From: Cenococcum geophilum
Taxonomy: Eukaryota
Direction: 5' to 3'
Length of the DNA stretch: 64,000 nt
Assembly (NCBI GenBank): GCA_050273025.1
Contig: CP158636.1
Span: 12,214,001-12,278,000, forward strand
Shown here piece after piece: positions 60,262 through 64,000 of this stretch. Below the pieces are notes generated by a model that was given only the letters and a program-made list of their open reading frames with translations, was not told the origin of the DNA and made no database searches. Made by a program: the position numbers and the translations under genes. The first letter of the stretch is position 1; the number at the start of each line of letters is the position of its first letter.

Positions 60262-63200
60262 TGTCGGGAATGAGGCAATTTGCCGTCACGTACGGCAAAC
60301 TGCCGTCACGTAATGGCAAGTTGCCATCACGTGTCGCCGCGGCACTAGCGTGGCGAGGAGCCTTAGGCTCCTCGCCCTTCCTCATTCTAATTAAAAAGCT
60401 TTATTAACTAACATTACTATAACCTACTCGAGTAGTCGTTATTGGTGAGTTACCCTATATAACTAACACTGATTAGTAGTTAAATATATAGTTAACTATA
60501 GAGTAGCTAGGTTTTTAAATAGAAGAGATAGTCTCATGTAGGGGTGCTATATACGCTTATATGGAATAGATCCCGGTAATACTGTACTACCTTAAACTTG
60601 CGAAAAACTAGTAATAGAAGTATTACTAAGTACTAGGAGATACTAAGTTGCGTCCATTATATAGAACAACCGCGTTTACGAAGATTTGGTTAAGTACTTT
60701 AGGTTAGAAGTGTTACTAAACCTAAGGTCCTAAGTTAACGTCTAAAACGCGTTAAATAATATCTTAAATTGCCTACCTCTTAATAGCAAACCTATGAGAT
60801 CCTATAAAACCGAAAATCCTACCTACCTTTGATGTATAACACCCCATTAATTCTATACCTACTATGGCGTTAACCTACCTAAAGAAGTATAAGGAAGATA
60901 TTAACCTAAAGATATGGAATAAAGCTATAATTAACCTTGCAAACGCTAATAAATAAGACTTAAATGGATTTTTATTATACCGTATAGCATATTATAAGGA
61001 TAGTAAATATAATAATACCGCGCTATGGGAATATATAAAGGAGGACTTTATTAAATAGATAAAGGAAATATAGGCCCCCGTAAATAAGGATATTGTATAA
61101 AACTTCCGTAACTTCCTTTAGAAGAATAGAGTATTTATCCCTAAGGACGGGGGTACTATTAGAGACAATATTTAGGAGCAGGTTCTTAACGTAAAAGAAG
61201 AGCATAAATAGACTGTATAAGAGATTAAGCACCAACTACGCACTATAAGGAAGCTCAACTTATAATAAAATTCAAGTAATATACCATAAGAGACGCGTTC
61301 TAATTCTATTACTCTAGGTATAAGTTTTTCCGTTCTATATTTATCGCCTCTACCTCTATCTTTAGTTTCCTAGAATCCACTAATTTAACCTATAACTTTA
61401 ACTACTGCCTTTTAACACGAGCAAGTATAAAATCCCCTTACTTCGCAATCTACTAACCTTTAGACTCTACCGACCAGACCTATATCCCTACTATAGCCTA
61501 CAATACAACTCCTACCTCCTCTATCTTAATCTTAAATTAGAAGTAGTTTAAAATTGCTTATAGAGCTTACAAAGCTCTATTCGGATTAGAAGAAGAAGTT
61601 TAGTGGGGAATTATACGATATTCTTAATTCGAAACTACGTATCTTTTATAACTATTACTAGAAAGTAGGAATAGAGTCTAATTAATACCACAACGCCTAT
61701 TCCGTTATGCTTAAGGGCCGAGCTAGTACCTTCTATTATAATTATTTAGTAGGAAAAGGATATAATTTTAACTGTATAATATATGAGTTAAGATACCACT
61801 TTAAAATAGAAGAGAATAAGTAGTAGTATATATTAGAATAGAGAGAGACTACCTTTCTAAGGATTATTGCTATAAACCTAGGTATCCCTTAGCTTAATTA
61901 TCTTTAAAAGCTCTTTAATTAACTTTAAATAATTTAGTATGGTTTATCCAAATTATATTAAGAGGACTTTAGCCTATATAATTAAGTTATTAGCGTATAT
62001 TAAGGTGTTAAAGAATATAACCTTACTTTCTTTAATCCTGTAAATACTTATAAAGGAGTATATACTTAATTAAGATATTCTATTAGCACCGCTCTACGCT
62101 CTTAAGAAGTATAGCAATTTAACGCCTAACTCTAACCTACTTTAATTGACCCGCCTAACTAATACGATTATAACTAAACTAATTGAATATATAGTAGCCG
62201 GGGTAGGTAATACGGTAGAGGGTATAATTAACGACTATAAGGTAAAGGTGGAGGTCCTTATAGAGGTTTATTTCGAAGTAATCGCTAAAAGAAGTGCTAT
62301 GTTTATAAGAAACCGAATTGCTAGTTAACTAGGCATTTTCTTAATAAATAAAAGGAGGTATATAATAAGTTCCGCTAAAATATAAGAAACGTTAGAAATT
62401 GCGAGGTTACTACGGCCTACTTTTAAAGCTTCCTGGTTTAATATAAAGGCGTAAAAGATCTTAAGGGTAAGGTTAATAAGGCTGAATAGCTCCTTATGGA
62501 TATGGAAATTAAGGAGTACTTACTTAACTAATACTTTACTAAGTATAGTGAGGTAGATAGTATACAAACCGTTACTATTCTTAATAACTAATCTACGCTC
62601 TATTTTACTACGAAGTTAGATATCTTTAATAAGCTAAGGGAGAGTTCCGCGTTCTCCTTTAATGACAAATACTCGGCGAATGTCTTCTATGGTATTATGC
62701 CAGATATTAGAGCCGCAGGAGTATCTATAGTAGGAGAACCTTAAGTTCGAGCCCTTTAGCAGCTTAATAGCTCTATTTAGATTAATTATTTAACGGTAGG
62801 CCAATACATAATTCGTTTTAGTAAGGGTACTGCAATCTCTATTAGTATAATTAGGGTCTAAACCCCCTTAGGGTATATTACCTTTTACGTTATTCCTATA
62901 AATACCCCATTTCTATTTTATATTAGAGATATAAATAAATTAGGCGTTAAGTTTAATAACCTTAAGAATATACTTATTTAGGGAGATAATTAGGTGCCCG
63001 TTATACGCAAATGGGGTTACCCCTAGTTACTCCTTTATTAACTAGAAAAGAGTGTTACTTAGAGCTATTTAACTAAGTTAGAGTTACGTTAACTACACCG
63101 TCGTTTTAGCCACCTATCTGTTTACTAATTACTTAGGGTTCTTTAGCGGGTAGGCTATAAAGTTAAAGTTAAGGTAATTAAGCATCTTATAAAGTACTAC

Positions 63201-64000
63201 TATTAATGCTAAATAAACTAGAAGTCCCCTAGCCGATTTAAGTTCACCCTTAAAAATAACTATAACTTTAACTTCTATATTATTGTTAACGTTATATATC
63301 TTAGTAGCAAGCCAGTACTCTAAGTTGTTAACTTCTTAACCTCCTTCTAAGCCGCACGATTCTTAAAGGATATATTAGCTAGGAACGCATAAGATACCCT
63401 TTAATTATACTAGATTAATATCTACCTAGGACCCCCTAATTAAATCGTCCATAATATAGAAAAGAACTTCTTATCTATAGAGTTTTAATAATAGATAAAA
63501 GCAATGGCAATTAAGGTTAAGGAAGTCCCTGTTAAGGTATATAATAGTATTAGAAAAGTAAAACGATATTATACGCTATTACGCCGCGTATATAAGATTA
63601 TCTCTTTAGAACTAGAGGACGCTAGTAAAGAACTTACCTTATAAATAGCTGTTAAAGCTATTAACGATTCCGCTGGCCCAGATAGACTCGTACCTATATT
63701 ACTAGTCTTTAGCGCCTACCCTTAAATAACTAATAATTCTTTACTATCTTCCTCTATTATATAACGAGCTAAGGCTATTCGCAAGGCAATAAAGGAGGTA
63801 TAACGTCTCTACGCTACACGCTAGGTTAACGATGTATTAGGAATAAGAAATGGCCTAAATACCTTAACTACACTTAATCTGCCACTTTAGTCTAAGGTAC
63901 GCGTATAGCGTAAAAAGGGAGGATAGTTAGGCCTATATTAACTTATTATAATTAATAGTTAAACTTACACTATTTAGATGCCTTACAGACCCACTTAATT
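60262..64000 (+). mobile_element. GalEa-like Copia retrotransposon, 5' part, running off the window
   Basis: LTR starts TGTCGGG. PR motif GIMPDIRAAGVS. Integrase motifs ELR*LHRRFSHLS, YLGPPN*IVHN, AVKAINDSAGPDRLVPILLVFSAYP. RIP-degraded. Confidence 0.88.

Noticed and set aside
10782..62328. Short I/L/Y/K-rich ORFs in the AT-rich blocks
   Set aside because: Chance frames in RIP-mutated TE sequence.
1..64000. Starship-type giant element or Spok-type meiotic driver, suggested by the HET and nuclease genes
   Set aside because: No DUF3435 tyrosine recombinase, element boundary or Spok-like ORF is visible in this window.

Overview
Fungal (filamentous ascomycete, probably Dothideomycete) genomic DNA. 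GC-balanced gene islands (1-10.4 kb, 22.6-25.3 kb, 53.1-57.8 kb) alternate with AT-rich transposon blocks degraded by RIP (repeat-induced point mutation). Host genes: a 3-exon conserved hypothetical gene that the ORF track misses, a DUF1992 (DNAJC28-like) gene, and a 2-exon 'SPFLRLPAEIR' F-box-like gene. Pseudogenes: a HET-domain gene, an SH3-domain gene and a PD-(D/E)XK nuclease-like gene. Most of the TE blocks resolve to single-base boundaries with target-site duplications (TSDs). Block 1: a hAT element splits the HET gene and carries a chromoviral Gypsy element with an apparent extra, spliced, antisense Cys6 gene. Block 2: a Ginger2/TDD-like integrase DNA transposon holds a five-level nest (non-autonomous LTR element > Copia > Gypsy > same-family Gypsy) plus three solo LTRs. 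Block 3, cut by the window end: an LTR fragment, an unclassified repeat, a Gypsy and a GalEa-like Copia. A 149-bp hAT-type MITE lies in an ORF and may be spliced out. All translations and alignments were done by eye; no databases were searched.
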